From assembly GCA_045533435.1 (NCBI GenBank), contig JAZSHT010000104.1, positions 1,590-65,589 of the forward strand: 64,000 bases of DNA, read 5' to 3'. A program made the translations under genes and the position numbers. The notes below the pieces were generated by a model. That model saw nothing but the letters and a program-made list of their open reading frames with translations, was not told the origin of the DNA and made no database searches. Below are positions 19,035 to 28,744 of the stretch, in pieces. The first letter of the stretch is position 1. Every line of letters begins with the position of its first letter. This DNA is from Eubacteriales bacterium (GTDB taxonomy: Bacteria > Bacillota > Clostridia > Oscillospirales > CAG-272).

Positions 19035-19757
19035 TTATAGTAAAGCCTCTACAACCTTGTAAAAATCTCTGTAATCATCAATAGTCAAATAATTAAAGTC
19101 CGACTTATAAACTGATTCATCATTACCACCATATCCGTAATCATCGCCAATGTAAACTACATTTTCATGACTCAAACCGTTTTCCTTGCAATATAAGTCC
19201 AATGCATAATACTTGTTATATGGCTTAGGCGACATATCAAATGATGAAGACCCACCAACAAATACATTGTAATCACTAAAAACAGAGCATACCTCATCAT
19301 AAAATAATCTGCGTTTACTTCTGTCAGGGTCAAAGGATAGCTTTTCCTCTTGTATAGCCTTAGTTCCTAAAATAGGAAAAGTAACACAGCCTGAAGCATG
19401 GTATTCCACATTATCCCCACGATACTCCGTATATCCATACTTTTCTCTGAAAAAATTAACCTTGCTTTCAATACTGTCTTTATCCACATCAAAGGTCATA
19501 TCCCTTTTAATATCCATAGTGCAAGTGTCCCTATTATAAGTAGCATATTGCAATCCGTAGTTACCGATTATATCAATAGGAAACTTATCCATTTGATTGA
19601 AAATTCTCATAACCTGACCTGCACCCACCATAATAAGCTTATATCTTTGTGCAAGCTTACTTAAAATTTCTCTATGCTTTTCGCTTAGCTTTTCCTTATG
19701 CTGTGTTAGTGTTCCATCAAGGTCCATTGCCACAACCTTAATTTTGCTTATATCCAT
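19035..19757 (-). CDS. HAD-IIB family hydrolase (sugar-phosphate phosphatase-like)
   Basis: 240 aa with DLDGTL motif I and C-terminal GDDYGYGGND. Immediately downstream of AraM-like paralog 2 on the same strand. Confidence 0.8.
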   Translation of the reverse strand: MDISKIKVVAMDLDGTLTQHKEKLSEKHREILSKLAQRYKLIMVGAGQVMRIFNQMDKFPIDIIGNYGLQYATYNRDTCTMDIKRDMTFDVDKDSIESKVNFFREKYGYTEYRGDNVEYHASGCVTFPILGTKAIQEEKLSFDPDRSKRRLFYDEVCSVFSDYNVFVGGSSSFDMSPKPYNKYYALDLYCKENGLSHENVVYIGDDYGYGGNDESVYKSDFNYLTIDDYRDFYKVVEALL

Positions 19758-19777
19758 TGTAAATTACTCCAATTTAA

Positions 19778-21049
19778 TTATTCAATTTCATCTTTTACGC
19801 CAAATAAATCATAGTATAACCAAAGAACCGTATATCTGTCCTTTAAGTCCTTAGCATAGTGAACAGCAGTATTGATTTTATCCTTGCCATATAATTTATA
19901 AAACTCACTCAAATCAATTTCTGCAATTTCAAGCATCTTAATAATTTCACAAGGCGCAGGCATCTCTCTTAAAATACCTCTAATTTCATCCTCTTTTTCT
20001 TTATATGTAGAAAGTCTATCCTTGTAATTGCCAATTCTATCCTGCAATTTAATACATTCCTCTGCAATTACACTGTAAACATCCTTCATCTTGCTTTCAT
20101 AATCGCTTCTATCCATCTTATAACTTACAGACGGAAACTCATTATTTAAAATGAACTCTCTTATCTTACTTGTAATGACAGTAGAGTAAACCACATCAAT
20201 TCCATGTGGAAAATATTCCTCACCATTAATAATTCCTGTAATCTCAAAAAAGTGTGATAAATGATGCTCACTACCTGAAGCAGGTCTTGATGTTGTAGCA
20301 AAGCTCATCATAATTCCCACAATCATAAGCGCCTCAGTTAAAATCTTAACGCTATTTTCATCTCTTTCTAAAAGTCCTGATGCTACATTAAGTGTCTTTA
20401 AAATCATATCATATGTAGTGTCATAAATATACTTACAAAAATATTCGCCGTTTACACATGTTGCAAGCTTCCAGTCATTAAGTGCAGAGTATTTACCGAT
20501 AATATCCCCATATCCCGCCTTAATCATATCCATTGGCGCATTTTTTAAAACCTCAGTATCTGCTATAATTGCATATGGCAAGGAAGCAGGCACAGTTTCC
20601 TTCATTCCTTTAAGTATCATTGCCGCACCACTTGAAGCATAACCGTCCATTGATGGAGCAGTTGCCACTATCATATAAGGTATGTGAGCAAAATGAGCAA
20701 CATATTTACATAAATCCTGCATAACGCCTGAGCCAATACCGATAATTAAATCAACACCCTCAAGCTCATTTCTTACACACTCGATAGCATTTTCATCAGG
20801 TATTACAACACTCTTACCGCTAAAAATAACCTTTTTATATTCCTTACCGCAAAGAGCAGACTCAACCTGCTTTCCACTTGCGTTAAAGGTATTTTCGTCA
20901 GCCACAATTAAAATTTTATTGTAGCCCACACATAAATCCGTTAAATGCTTGCAAGCATCCTTTTCAATATATATATATTTAATAGTACAATCGTGCATTT
21001 TTCCACATGCATCACATTTTACACCACTTAAAATTGAGTTAATATCCAT
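19778..21049 (-). CDS. AraM-like sn-glycerol-1-phosphate dehydrogenase family protein, paralog 2
   Basis: The ORF track starts at 21073, but the ATG at 21049 has RBS GGGGAGA (MDINSILSG...). Motifs: GIGSGVMQDLCKY, ATAPSMDGY, GYGDIIGK, ASGSEHHLSHFFE. Confidence 0.8.
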   Translation of the reverse strand: MDINSILSGVKCDACGKMHDCTIKYIYIEKDACKHLTDLCVGYNKILIVADENTFNASGKQVESALCGKEYKKVIFSGKSVVIPDENAIECVRNELEGVDLIIGIGSGVMQDLCKYVAHFAHIPYMIVATAPSMDGYASSGAAMILKGMKETVPASLPYAIIADTEVLKNAPMDMIKAGYGDIIGKYSALNDWKLATCVNGEYFCKYIYDTTYDMILKTLNVASGLLERDENSVKILTEALMIVGIMMSFATTSRPASGSEHHLSHFFEITGIINGEEYFPHGIDVVYSTVITSKIREFILNNEFPSVSYKMDRSDYESKMKDVYSVIAEECIKLQDRIGNYKDRLSTYKEKEDEIRGILREMPAPCEIIKMLEIAEIDLSEFYKLYGKDKINTAVHYAKDLKDRYTVLWLYYDLFGVKDEIE

Positions 21050-21132
21050 ATTTATCTCCCCGATAGTTGACATTTTACTTTTATTACATTATAATATTTT
21101 TGATGTAAAATTTCAATATAAAAAGGTAAATT

Positions 21133-21759
21133 ATGAAAATACTTTTATTAGCAAACCACAAAAGCGAAAATTATATAAAAGACATCGAAGCCTTTGGTGC
21201 AGAAGCCATTCTAAATCAGGACACAACCGATTGCGACGGACTTATCCTCTGCGGTGGCAACGATATCCAACCCTCATATTACGGCGAAAATATAAATGGT
21301 AGCTATGATTTTGATATAGAGAGGGATAAAAGAGAATTTGAAATTACAAAAAAATTCCTTGAAACAGGCAAGCCTATTTTAGGAATATGCCGAGGTCATC
21401 AGCTTTTAAATGTCATTTTAGGTGGCAATCTTATTCAGCACCTATCAAATGCATCTGACCATACTTCAAAAAATGGCAGTGATAACATTCACACATTAAA
21501 GGCTAATCCTAAAAGCGTGTTATTTAATCTGTACGGCGATTATTTCTTTGTCAATAGCTCCCACCACCAAGCCATAAAGAATTTAGGAGAGGGACTTATA
21601 GCAACCGCCTATTCAATGGATGGAGTAATTGAAGCAATTGAGCACATTTCAAAGCCCTACTTAACCGTTCAATTCCACCCCGAAAGAATGACCACCGATA
21701 AAACCGAAAACGGATTAGAAATTTTCAAATATTTCATTGACCTTTGTAAGAAAATATGA
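21133..21759 (+). CDS. class I glutamine amidotransferase / peptidase C26 (gamma-glutamyl-GABA hydrolase-like)
   Basis: 208 aa with GICRGHQLLNV (Cys nucleophile), SSHHQA and QFHPE motifs. Confidence 0.85.
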   Translation: MKILLLANHKSENYIKDIEAFGAEAILNQDTTDCDGLILCGGNDIQPSYYGENINGSYDFDIERDKREFEITKKFLETGKPILGICRGHQLLNVILGGNLIQHLSNASDHTSKNGSDNIHTLKANPKSVLFNLYGDYFFVNSSHHQAIKNLGEGLIATAYSMDGVIEAIEHISKPYLTVQFHPERMTTDKTENGLEIFKYFIDLCKKI

Positions 21760-21801
21760 TATCATAAAGACGTAGAACAGTATGTGAAAAGGAGAAGCAG
21801 T

Positions 21802-22761
21802 ATGATTTTTGAAAAGCAAATTTTAAACCTATATAAGAGTATGATGCATAAAAGATGCGATGATACTGAAACTGTATTCTATTTTTCAAACGAGGATTTT
21901 AAAGGACTTCAAAAAACAGCGCACTCCTTTAAATCATCTAAGAATCATACACTTAAAGGCTACTTTTATCAGTACGAAAATCCAATTCCAAACAGATTAG
22001 TAATTTTTGACCACGGCTTTGGCGGTGGACACAGAGCATATATGAAGGAAATTGAGCTTTTATGCAGACACGGCTACAAGGTTTTTTCCTACGACCATAC
22101 AGGATGTATGGAATCCGAGGGCGAAACTCCAAACGGTCTTGCTCAATCCTTATGCGACCTTAACGATTGTATTACCATGCTTAAATCCCACGATGAATAT
22201 GCATCATACGACATTTCAGTAATGGGACATAGCTGGGGCGCGTTTTCTACGTTAAATATTACCGCATTACATTCCGACATTTCGCATATTGTAGCAATGT
22301 GCGGCTTTGTATCGGTTGATAAAATGATAGGCACGTTCTTCCCAGGAATATTAAAAGGATATCGCAAGACCATTGTAGACTTTGAAAGACAGTGTAATCC
22401 AAAATTTGTTGAATTTAATTCCTTAGAATCACTAAGCAACTCAAATGTAAAGGCACTTCTGATTTATTCTGAGGATGACCAAATGTGCAAAAAATTACAT
22501 TATGATATACTAAAAAACGGACTTGAAGATAAGAAAAACATAAAATTCTTGCTTGCTCAAAATAAGGGACATAATCCAAATTATACAGAAAATGCAGTGA
22601 AATATCTTCAAGAATTCGGTAAAAAAAGAGCAAAGCTTGCCCGTAATAAAAAAGCAACAAAGGAAGAAAAATCGCTTTTTGTTTCGTCATTTGATTGGGA
22701 TAAAATGACTGAGCAGGACGAAACTGTTTGGAACGAAATATTTAACCACTTAGACAGTTAA
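21802..22761 (+). CDS. alpha/beta hydrolase
   Basis: The ATG at 21802 is preceded by AAAGGAGAAG; the track's GTG at 21784 lacks an RBS. Nucleophile elbow GHSWG. Confidence 0.75.
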   Translation: MIFEKQILNLYKSMMHKRCDDTETVFYFSNEDFKGLQKTAHSFKSSKNHTLKGYFYQYENPIPNRLVIFDHGFGGGHRAYMKEIELLCRHGYKVFSYDHTGCMESEGETPNGLAQSLCDLNDCITMLKSHDEYASYDISVMGHSWGAFSTLNITALHSDISHIVAMCGFVSVDKMIGTFFPGILKGYRKTIVDFERQCNPKFVEFNSLESLSNSNVKALLIYSEDDQMCKKLHYDILKNGLEDKKNIKFLLAQNKGHNPNYTENAVKYLQEFGKKRAKLARNKKATKEEKSLFVSSFDWDKMTEQDETVWNEIFNHLDS

Positions 22762-22771
22762 GGAGAAGACT

Positions 22772-23344
22772 ATGAAAAATAATAAGGACATGATTCGTAA
22801 AATAGCTTTGGTAGGAATTTTAACTGCATTGGCTGCTGTATTGAGCTTTATTAAAATTCCTATTTTTAGCCAAGTTACAATAACTCTTGTGTTACCTGTG
22901 GTGGTAATTGGTGGTGCGTTATGTGGTCCGATAGTTGGAGCATGGCTAACAGTAATCCCGGCAATAGTAGCAATACCGGAAGCAACGTTGTTTGTTCAAT
23001 ACAGTCCAGCAGGTGGAATTGCAACAATGCTATTAAAGGGACTTTTGGCAGGCTTTTTATCTGCACTTGCATATAAGTTGTTATCAAAAAAACATCCAAA
23101 TGGAGCAGTATTTTGCTCTGCAATAATAGCACCGATTGTTAACACTGGTGTTTTCTTCCTTGGCTGTTTCATCTTTATCATTGATGATCTTATGGTATTA
23201 GCAAACGAAGCTGGCGTAGGTATGGGAATGTTATTAGTTGGACTTGGAGGAATTAATTTCGTTATAGAATTAGTATTAAATATTATTCTATGCCCATCTA
23301 TTTTACGCATCATAGAAATCGCCAAAAAAAGATTTGTTAAATAA
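22772..23344 (+). CDS. ECF-transporter S-component-like membrane protein
   Basis: 190 aa with 5-6 TM helices and an N-terminus typical of ECF S components (IALVGILTALAAVLSFIKIPI). RBS AAGGAG. Confidence 0.55.
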   Translation: MKNNKDMIRKIALVGILTALAAVLSFIKIPIFSQVTITLVLPVVVIGGALCGPIVGAWLTVIPAIVAIPEATLFVQYSPAGGIATMLLKGLLAGFLSALAYKLLSKKHPNGAVFCSAIIAPIVNTGVFFLGCFIFIIDDLMVLANEAGVGMGMLLVGLGGINFVIELVLNIILCPSILRIIEIAKKRFVK

Positions 23345-23370
23345 AAATTGCTCTTCGGAGCAATTTTTTC
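23343..23370 (+). terminator. rho-independent terminator
   Basis: AATTGCTC-TTCG-GAGCAATT plus TTTT. Confidence 0.8.
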
Positions 23371-23447
23371 TTTATACTATATTGACATTTTAATATTTAG
23401 TGCTAAAATAAATACCATAAAATCTACAATTATATAAGAGGCGTGAA

Positions 23448-25028
23448 ATGTTTATCAAAAAATATTTAACCATGCTCAAAAATGAGTTTAGTGGTTATAA
23501 TGCAAAAAAATTTTCAAAGGACCTCCTTGCTGGTCTTACAGTTACCGCAGTAGCATTACCACTTGCACTCGCATTCGGTATTCAATGCGGAGCAAGCGCT
23601 GAGGCAGGACTTATTACTGCAATAATCGCAGGACTTATTATTGGCGCATTATCAGGCGCATCATTCCAAATAAGCGGACCGACAGGCGCTATGTCAGCCG
23701 TGCTTATTGGTGTTGTAGGCTCATCCTTAGGACTTAAGGGTGTATTTGTAGTTTCATTCTTTGCCGGCATTTTAATTTTGCTTTGCGCAGTGTTTAAGCT
23801 CGGCAGATTTGTTTCTAAAATTCCACGCCCTGTAATCACAGGCTTTACATCAGGCATTGCTCTTATTATCGCATTCGGTCAGGTTCAAAACTTCTTTGGA
23901 CTTCCAAACCTAGTAGAAAAGCACGAAAACTCCTTTTTAAACATAATCGGTTTTATCAAGGAGGGCTTTCAGTTTAATATCTACTCAGTATTTATGGGCT
24001 TAATTGTCATTGTAGTTATGATAGCTTGGCCTAAAAAGCTAAATGCAGTAGTGCCATCATCATTAGTAGGTATTATTGTTGCTACACTTTTATCCTTAAT
24101 TCCAATTTTCGGTGGCGAAAATATGGCTGTTGTTGGCGACATTCCAAAGAAAATATTCCTTGATGAAAGATTTTCATTTAACTCAATTCAGTGGAAAAGC
24201 TTTTTCTCATACATATCCCCTGCATTTAGCGTGGCAGCGCTTGCTATAATTGAAAGCTTACTTTGTGGCGCATCTGCCTCAAAAATGAAAAATGAAGAAT
24301 TTGATGCAAACCAAGAATTAATCGCACAGGGTGTGGGAAATATAGTAATACCATTCTTTGGTGGCGTACCTGCAACTGCAGCTATTGCAAGAACAAGCGT
24401 AGCTATCAAATCAGGCTGTCAAACAAGAATTGCAGGTATCATTCACGCTCTTGGCTTACTTGCTTCAATGTTCCTTCTAGGCCCTGTAATGGCAAAAATT
24501 CCACTTGCCGCACTTGCAGGTGTATTAATGGTAACTGCATTTAGAATGAACGAATGGAAATCAATTAAAGAAATTTTCTCTAAAAAATACTATATTGCCA
24601 TTGCAGAATTCTTAATCACAATGATTGCAACCGTTGCATTTGATTTAACAATCGCTATTATTATCGGTATCGTATTTTCAATTTTCTCATATCTTATTAC
24701 CGTTAAGTTTAAGCCAACAAAAACAACAGTAGAGCTAAACAGACAGTACATAAGAAGCCAAATTAACATAAACGGCTCAATTTTCTTTAATAATATTGAG
24801 AAAATAGAGAAAGTAATTTTGTCAACTGAAACCACAAATACACTTCTTTCCTTAGAGAATGTAATCTATATTGATGCATCGGGAATTGAAATGCTAACAG
24901 AGGCTAAAAAGCTACTTGAAGAAAACGGAAAAACACTTATTATTCACACACCAAGCCACCAAATTGAAAAAATCATGGCTAAAACAGGTATTGTAGATGA
25001 TTACACCCCTGTAACCTATGAGGAATAA
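23448..25028 (+). CDS. SulP family inorganic anion transporter with C-terminal STAS domain
   Basis: 526 aa with SulP N-terminal motif (DLLAGLTVTAVALPLALAFG), polytopic, C-terminal STAS-like segment. Confidence 0.88.
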   Translation: MFIKKYLTMLKNEFSGYNAKKFSKDLLAGLTVTAVALPLALAFGIQCGASAEAGLITAIIAGLIIGALSGASFQISGPTGAMSAVLIGVVGSSLGLKGVFVVSFFAGILILLCAVFKLGRFVSKIPRPVITGFTSGIALIIAFGQVQNFFGLPNLVEKHENSFLNIIGFIKEGFQFNIYSVFMGLIVIVVMIAWPKKLNAVVPSSLVGIIVATLLSLIPIFGGENMAVVGDIPKKIFLDERFSFNSIQWKSFFSYISPAFSVAALAIIESLLCGASASKMKNEEFDANQELIAQGVGNIVIPFFGGVPATAAIARTSVAIKSGCQTRIAGIIHALGLLASMFLLGPVMAKIPLAALAGVLMVTAFRMNEWKSIKEIFSKKYYIAIAEFLITMIATVAFDLTIAIIIGIVFSIFSYLITVKFKPTKTTVELNRQYIRSQININGSIFFNNIEKIEKVILSTETTNTLLSLENVIYIDASGIEMLTEAKKLLEENGKTLIIHTPSHQIEKIMAKTGIVDDYTPVTYEE

Positions 25029-25029
25029 A

Positions 25030-25683
25030 ATGAATAAGTACACTACTATTTTATTTGACTTGGACGGAACGCTAACCGACCCCGGCGAGGGTATAATCAA
25101 CTCTGTTGAGTATGCTTTAAATAAATATGGTATATCCGTTGAAGACAAAAAATCACTTTGCAAATTTATAGGCCCACCTCTTGTAGATTCATTTTCAAAA
25201 TATTATGGCTTCAATGAAGAAAAATCAAGAAAAGCAATAGAAATTTACAGAGAATACTATAAGGCTAAGGGCATAAACGAGTGCAAGCTTTTTGATGGCA
25301 TTAAGGAGCTTCTTGAATCATTAAAGAATAGCGACTATGAAATTGCCCTGGCCACCTCAAAGCCAGAGCTTTTCGCACACATAGTCCTACAAAATTATGA
25401 TATTCACAAATATTTTGACTTTATCAGCGGCGCAACAATAGATGAAAAAACACGCTATACAAAGGAGCATGTTATTGAATACGCTCTTGATAATATCAAG
25501 GAAAAGGATAGAACAAAAATCCTTATGATAGGCGACAGATGCTTTGACATAAACGGAGCAAAAGCATATAGCCTTGACTCAATTGGCGTAACCTTCGGCT
25601 ATGGCACTTATGAGGAATTAAAGGAAGCGGGAGCTACTTATATTGTGTCATCTCCAAAGGAAATAGAAAATCTACTTGTATAA
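25030..25683 (+). CDS. HAD-IA family hydrolase (phosphoglycolate phosphatase/5'-nucleotidase-like)
   Basis: The ATG at 25030 has RBS GAGGA and gives MNKYTTILFDLDGTLTD. The track start at 25018 overlaps the SulP gene. GDRCFD motif. Confidence 0.85.
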   Translation: MNKYTTILFDLDGTLTDPGEGIINSVEYALNKYGISVEDKKSLCKFIGPPLVDSFSKYYGFNEEKSRKAIEIYREYYKAKGINECKLFDGIKELLESLKNSDYEIALATSKPELFAHIVLQNYDIHKYFDFISGATIDEKTRYTKEHVIEYALDNIKEKDRTKILMIGDRCFDINGAKAYSLDSIGVTFGYGTYEELKEAGATYIVSSPKEIENLLV

Positions 25684-25717
25684 AAAAATGCTACGCATCA
25701 AGCGTAGCATTTTTTTA
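25682..25717. terminator. bidirectional terminator
   Basis: A-run, ATGCTACGC-ATCAA-GCGTAGCAT, T-run. Lies between convergent genes. Confidence 0.85.
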
Positions 25718-27040
25718 ATATTCGTTTATTGCGTCCTTGGTAATAGGTATTTCCACAGTAACATTTTCAACACCTGTTAATGTTGATCTTTCAACTGTAA
25801 CATATAGTGTATCTCCAACTCTTGCATTCAAAAGAAAATCAATGATTTGGTGCTGCTGTGTAATTTCTATTTCCTTATCATTTAATTTAGCAGAAAGTAA
25901 AACATCATTTTTCTTTAGCTTGCCATAAGCAATTCCACCACTATTTACCTCAGAAACAAATACTGTTTCCTTAATCATTACATGTCCATCATCTGTTAAA
26001 TATGCACTTGAATCGGAAATTCCCACGGTAATGTTTAGTAAAGCTCTTTGAACTCTTTCAAGCTCTGTGCCGTAGCAATGGTCAATTATATTGTCAGCCA
26101 CAGCCTTTACAATATTAGATGGAATAGCATATCCAATGTTTTCAAGACTTGTATCACTTGTTTTTGCATTTACAATTCCAATAAGCTTACCATTTTCATT
26201 GTATAGACCACCACCGCTGTTACCGGAGTTAACAGGAGTGTCAATTCTCATAACGCGAAGGGAAACAGCACCGCCAATATTTAAAGTGATATGCTCAGAA
26301 TATACACTTACAATACCGTAAGATGCCGAAATTCCCGCACCATCAGGATTACCAATCGCAATAGCGCTTTGACCTGCATATATTTTGTCCGAGTCATCAA
26401 AATCAGCTTCAATAAATACATTGTTTTTGAAATATTCGCAATTATCAATTCTTAAAACAGCAATATCATAATTGTTTGAACCGCCAACGAATGTAGCAGA
26501 CACCTTCATATCACCATATTCGCTACCGTAAAATAAAACATTAATACTGTCAGCAATACCATTTTTATTTACCGCGTTTTCATTATAAACAACATGATAA
26601 TTTGTAATGATAAATGCGCTGCTTGCTTCCTTATCAATTTTATATATTACGCCGGAGCCGGCAGAAGCAGATGTAGATAAACCACCGTATTTATTGTAAA
26701 CATTATGAACACATTGTATGCTAACCGCGCTGCGAAGACCATTTGCCACAGCAAATGAAGCATCGTTGCTATTTCCGTTTATGTCAACATTTACGCTTCC
26801 ATCTTTACCGACAACACTTCCAAGGTTCTGTACGCTACCATTGGTATAAGTAATTATTAGCTCCCCATCGTTATTTATATCAACAGAGCTTATTTGAAGC
26901 CCCTCGTTTTTATCAGGCTTCATATCATCTGTTGAAGCAGAAGAGTCTAGATAGCTACTAAGAAACATACAGCTTGTCATGCCAAGTACAAATAATAGCG
27001 TTAACATTAAAAGCAAAGCTTTAGAAATTTTTTTGTTCAT
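25715..27040 (-). CDS. trypsin-like (S1C/HtrA-type) serine protease lipoprotein
   Basis: 441 aa with signal peptide and lipobox (LGMTSC). Motifs TNYHV and GNSGGGL (catalytic Ser). Confidence 0.85.
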   Translation of the reverse strand: MNKKISKALLLMLTLLFVLGMTSCMFLSSYLDSSASTDDMKPDKNEGLQISSVDINNDGELIITYTNGSVQNLGSVVGKDGSVNVDINGNSNDASFAVANGLRSAVSIQCVHNVYNKYGGLSTSASAGSGVIYKIDKEASSAFIITNYHVVYNENAVNKNGIADSINVLFYGSEYGDMKVSATFVGGSNNYDIAVLRIDNCEYFKNNVFIEADFDDSDKIYAGQSAIAIGNPDGAGISASYGIVSVYSEHITLNIGGAVSLRVMRIDTPVNSGNSGGGLYNENGKLIGIVNAKTSDTSLENIGYAIPSNIVKAVADNIIDHCYGTELERVQRALLNITVGISDSSAYLTDDGHVMIKETVFVSEVNSGGIAYGKLKKNDVLLSAKLNDKEIEITQQHQIIDFLLNARVGDTLYVTVERSTLTGVENVTVEIPITKDAINEY

Positions 27041-27168
27041 TTAATATATCCTCACAAATCGTCATTAATTTGATTCATAAGCTTATTTTACCACATTTTT
27101 TCAAAAAATGTTCGTTTTTTTCAAAAAATATTAATGAATAAATATTCACAAAAAATTTCAAAAATATA

Positions 27169-27200
27169 TTGACTTGAAAAAATCATTGTGCTATTATAAT
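27169..27200 (+). promoter_or_regulatory. sigma-A promoter of ilvE with a TGn extended -10
   Basis: TTGACT, 17 nt, TATTAT, preceded by TGC. Shares AATCATTGTGCTAT with the typA promoter. Confidence 0.6.
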
Positions 27201-27239
27201 TTACATAGTATTTTAGCAAATTAAAACGAGGATACAACA

Positions 27240-28304
27240 ATGGAAATCACAATTACAAAATCACAAAATAAAACAGAATTACCAAACGAAGCTTCATTAG
27301 GCTTTGGCAAGGTATTTACAGACCATATGTTTATTATGGATTATGAAATGGGTAAAGGATGGCAAAATGCAAGAATTGTACCATTTGGATACCTTTCAAT
27401 CCACCCCGCATCAACTGTTTTACATTACGGCTCTGAGATCTTTGAGGGCTTAAAGGCATATAGAACAGAAAGCGGCGAAATTCGCTTATTTAGACCAATG
27501 GAAAATATCAGAAGAATGAACGCTTCAGCTAACCGTATGTGCTTACCTGAAATTGATGAAAATGACTTCTTACAAGCTCTCACAACATTCGTTGAGCTTG
27601 AAAAGGACTTTGTTCCACACTCATTCGGTACATCATTATACCTTCGCCCATATATGTTCGGTAATGATGAAACATTAGGCGTTCACACAGTACATAGAGC
27701 AACATTTATGATTATTGCATCCCCAAGCGGAAGCTATTATGCAGAGGGAATAAATCCAGTTAAAATTATGATTGAAAACGAGGATGTAAGAGCAGTAAAG
27801 GGCGGTACAGGCGCAGTAAAATGTGGCGGTAACTATGCAGCATCAAACAGAGCAGGCGAAAAGGCAGCTAAGAAGGGCTACTCTCAGGTATTATGGCTTG
27901 ACGGTATTCATAGAAAATATATCGAAGAGGTTGGCGCTATGAATGTTATGTTTAAGCTTGATGGCGAAATCGTAACTCCTGAGCTTTCAGGCTCAATCCT
28001 TCCAGGTATTACAAGAAAATCTTGCATTGAGGTTTTAAAGAAAATGGGCTACAAGGTAAGCGAAAGACTTATTTCTGTCGATGAGCTTATCGAAGCATTA
28101 AAGAACGGCAAATTAGAGGAAGCGTGGGGATGCGGAACAGCCGCAGTTGTTTCTCCAATCGGCAGATTTTTCTATGATGGCGTTGAATATGATGTTAATA
28201 ACGGACAAATCGGTGAGGTTACTCAAAAGCTCTACGATACCTTAACAGGCATCCAATGGGGCAAGCTAAGCGACGACTTTGGATGGATATACAAAATATG
28301 CTAA
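27240..28304 (+). CDS. ilvE: branched-chain amino acid aminotransferase
   Basis: 354 aa, fold-type IV PLP aminotransferase pattern (FEGLKAYR..., GGTGAVKCGGNYAAS). Consensus promoter upstream. Confidence 0.93.
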   Translation: MEITITKSQNKTELPNEASLGFGKVFTDHMFIMDYEMGKGWQNARIVPFGYLSIHPASTVLHYGSEIFEGLKAYRTESGEIRLFRPMENIRRMNASANRMCLPEIDENDFLQALTTFVELEKDFVPHSFGTSLYLRPYMFGNDETLGVHTVHRATFMIIASPSGSYYAEGINPVKIMIENEDVRAVKGGTGAVKCGGNYAASNRAGEKAAKKGYSQVLWLDGIHRKYIEEVGAMNVMFKLDGEIVTPELSGSILPGITRKSCIEVLKKMGYKVSERLISVDELIEALKNGKLEEAWGCGTAAVVSPIGRFFYDGVEYDVNNGQIGEVTQKLYDTLTGIQWGKLSDDFGWIYKIC

Positions 28305-28440
28305 AATTAGAGGGGATGTTGCAATAAGAACCTGCTACGCAGAACCTTGTTACTCGCAGGCTCGTAATAAGCACAGACCAAAAACAGACACATATCTCAT
28401 AAAAAAGTTCTATTTGTAATTCAAAATATTCTTTAATGTT

Positions 28441-28478
28441 GAGAACTTGCATTTTTTTGCAAGTTCTCTTCATTTTTA
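28441..28478 (+). terminator. terminator-like hairpin about 140 nt downstream of ilvE
   Basis: 11-bp stem GAGAACTTGCA / TGCAAGTTCTC with a T6 loop, then TTCATTTTT. Confidence 0.55.
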
Positions 28479-28490
28479 TGTCTGTTTTTT

Positions 28491-28644
28491 AGACGCGAAC
28501 ACAGGCGGTCATAGGGCCCCCCGTAAAAATCTGTCAAGATTTTTGGGGAATGACTATTCCGTACGCAAGTACGCTTACGAGAACCCCCTAAACTCATACT
28601 TCGTTTTGGGGAACCCCTATTACGCTCCGTGTTAAAGCGCGTCT
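28491..28644 (+). ncRNA. candidate structured RNA (closing helix plus three internal hairpins, one with a GCAA tetraloop)
   Basis: P1 is AGACGCG/AACAC (28491-28502) pairing with GTGTT/CGCGTCT (28629-28644). P2 is 28519-28548, P3 is CGTAC-GCAA-GTACG at 28560-28573, P4 is 28585-28611. It sits between two terminator-like hairpins. I recognise no family. Confidence 0.3.
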
Positions 28645-28671
28645 TCTGCACTCATTTCACTATCCCCATTC

Positions 28672-28715
28672 AAAAAAGGGGCTTTTGCTTAACGCAACAG
28701 CCCCTTTTATTTTTG
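28672..28715 (+). terminator. rho-independent terminator
   Basis: AAAAGGGGC ... GCCCCTTTT plus a T-run. Confidence 0.7.
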
Positions 28716-28744
28716 TTGACAACTCTATAATATAATGATATACT
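28716..28744 (+). promoter_or_regulatory. sigma-A promoter of the GH38/CotH operon
   Basis: TTGACA, 17 nt, TATACT. Confidence 0.65.

Noticed and set aside
28433-28651. The 72-aa (-) and 62-aa (+) ORFs in the ilvE-GH38 gap.
   Set aside because: Both overlap each other and the hairpin-rich candidate RNA. Their composition is Arg/Ser/Lys-rich and biased, and neither has an RBS.
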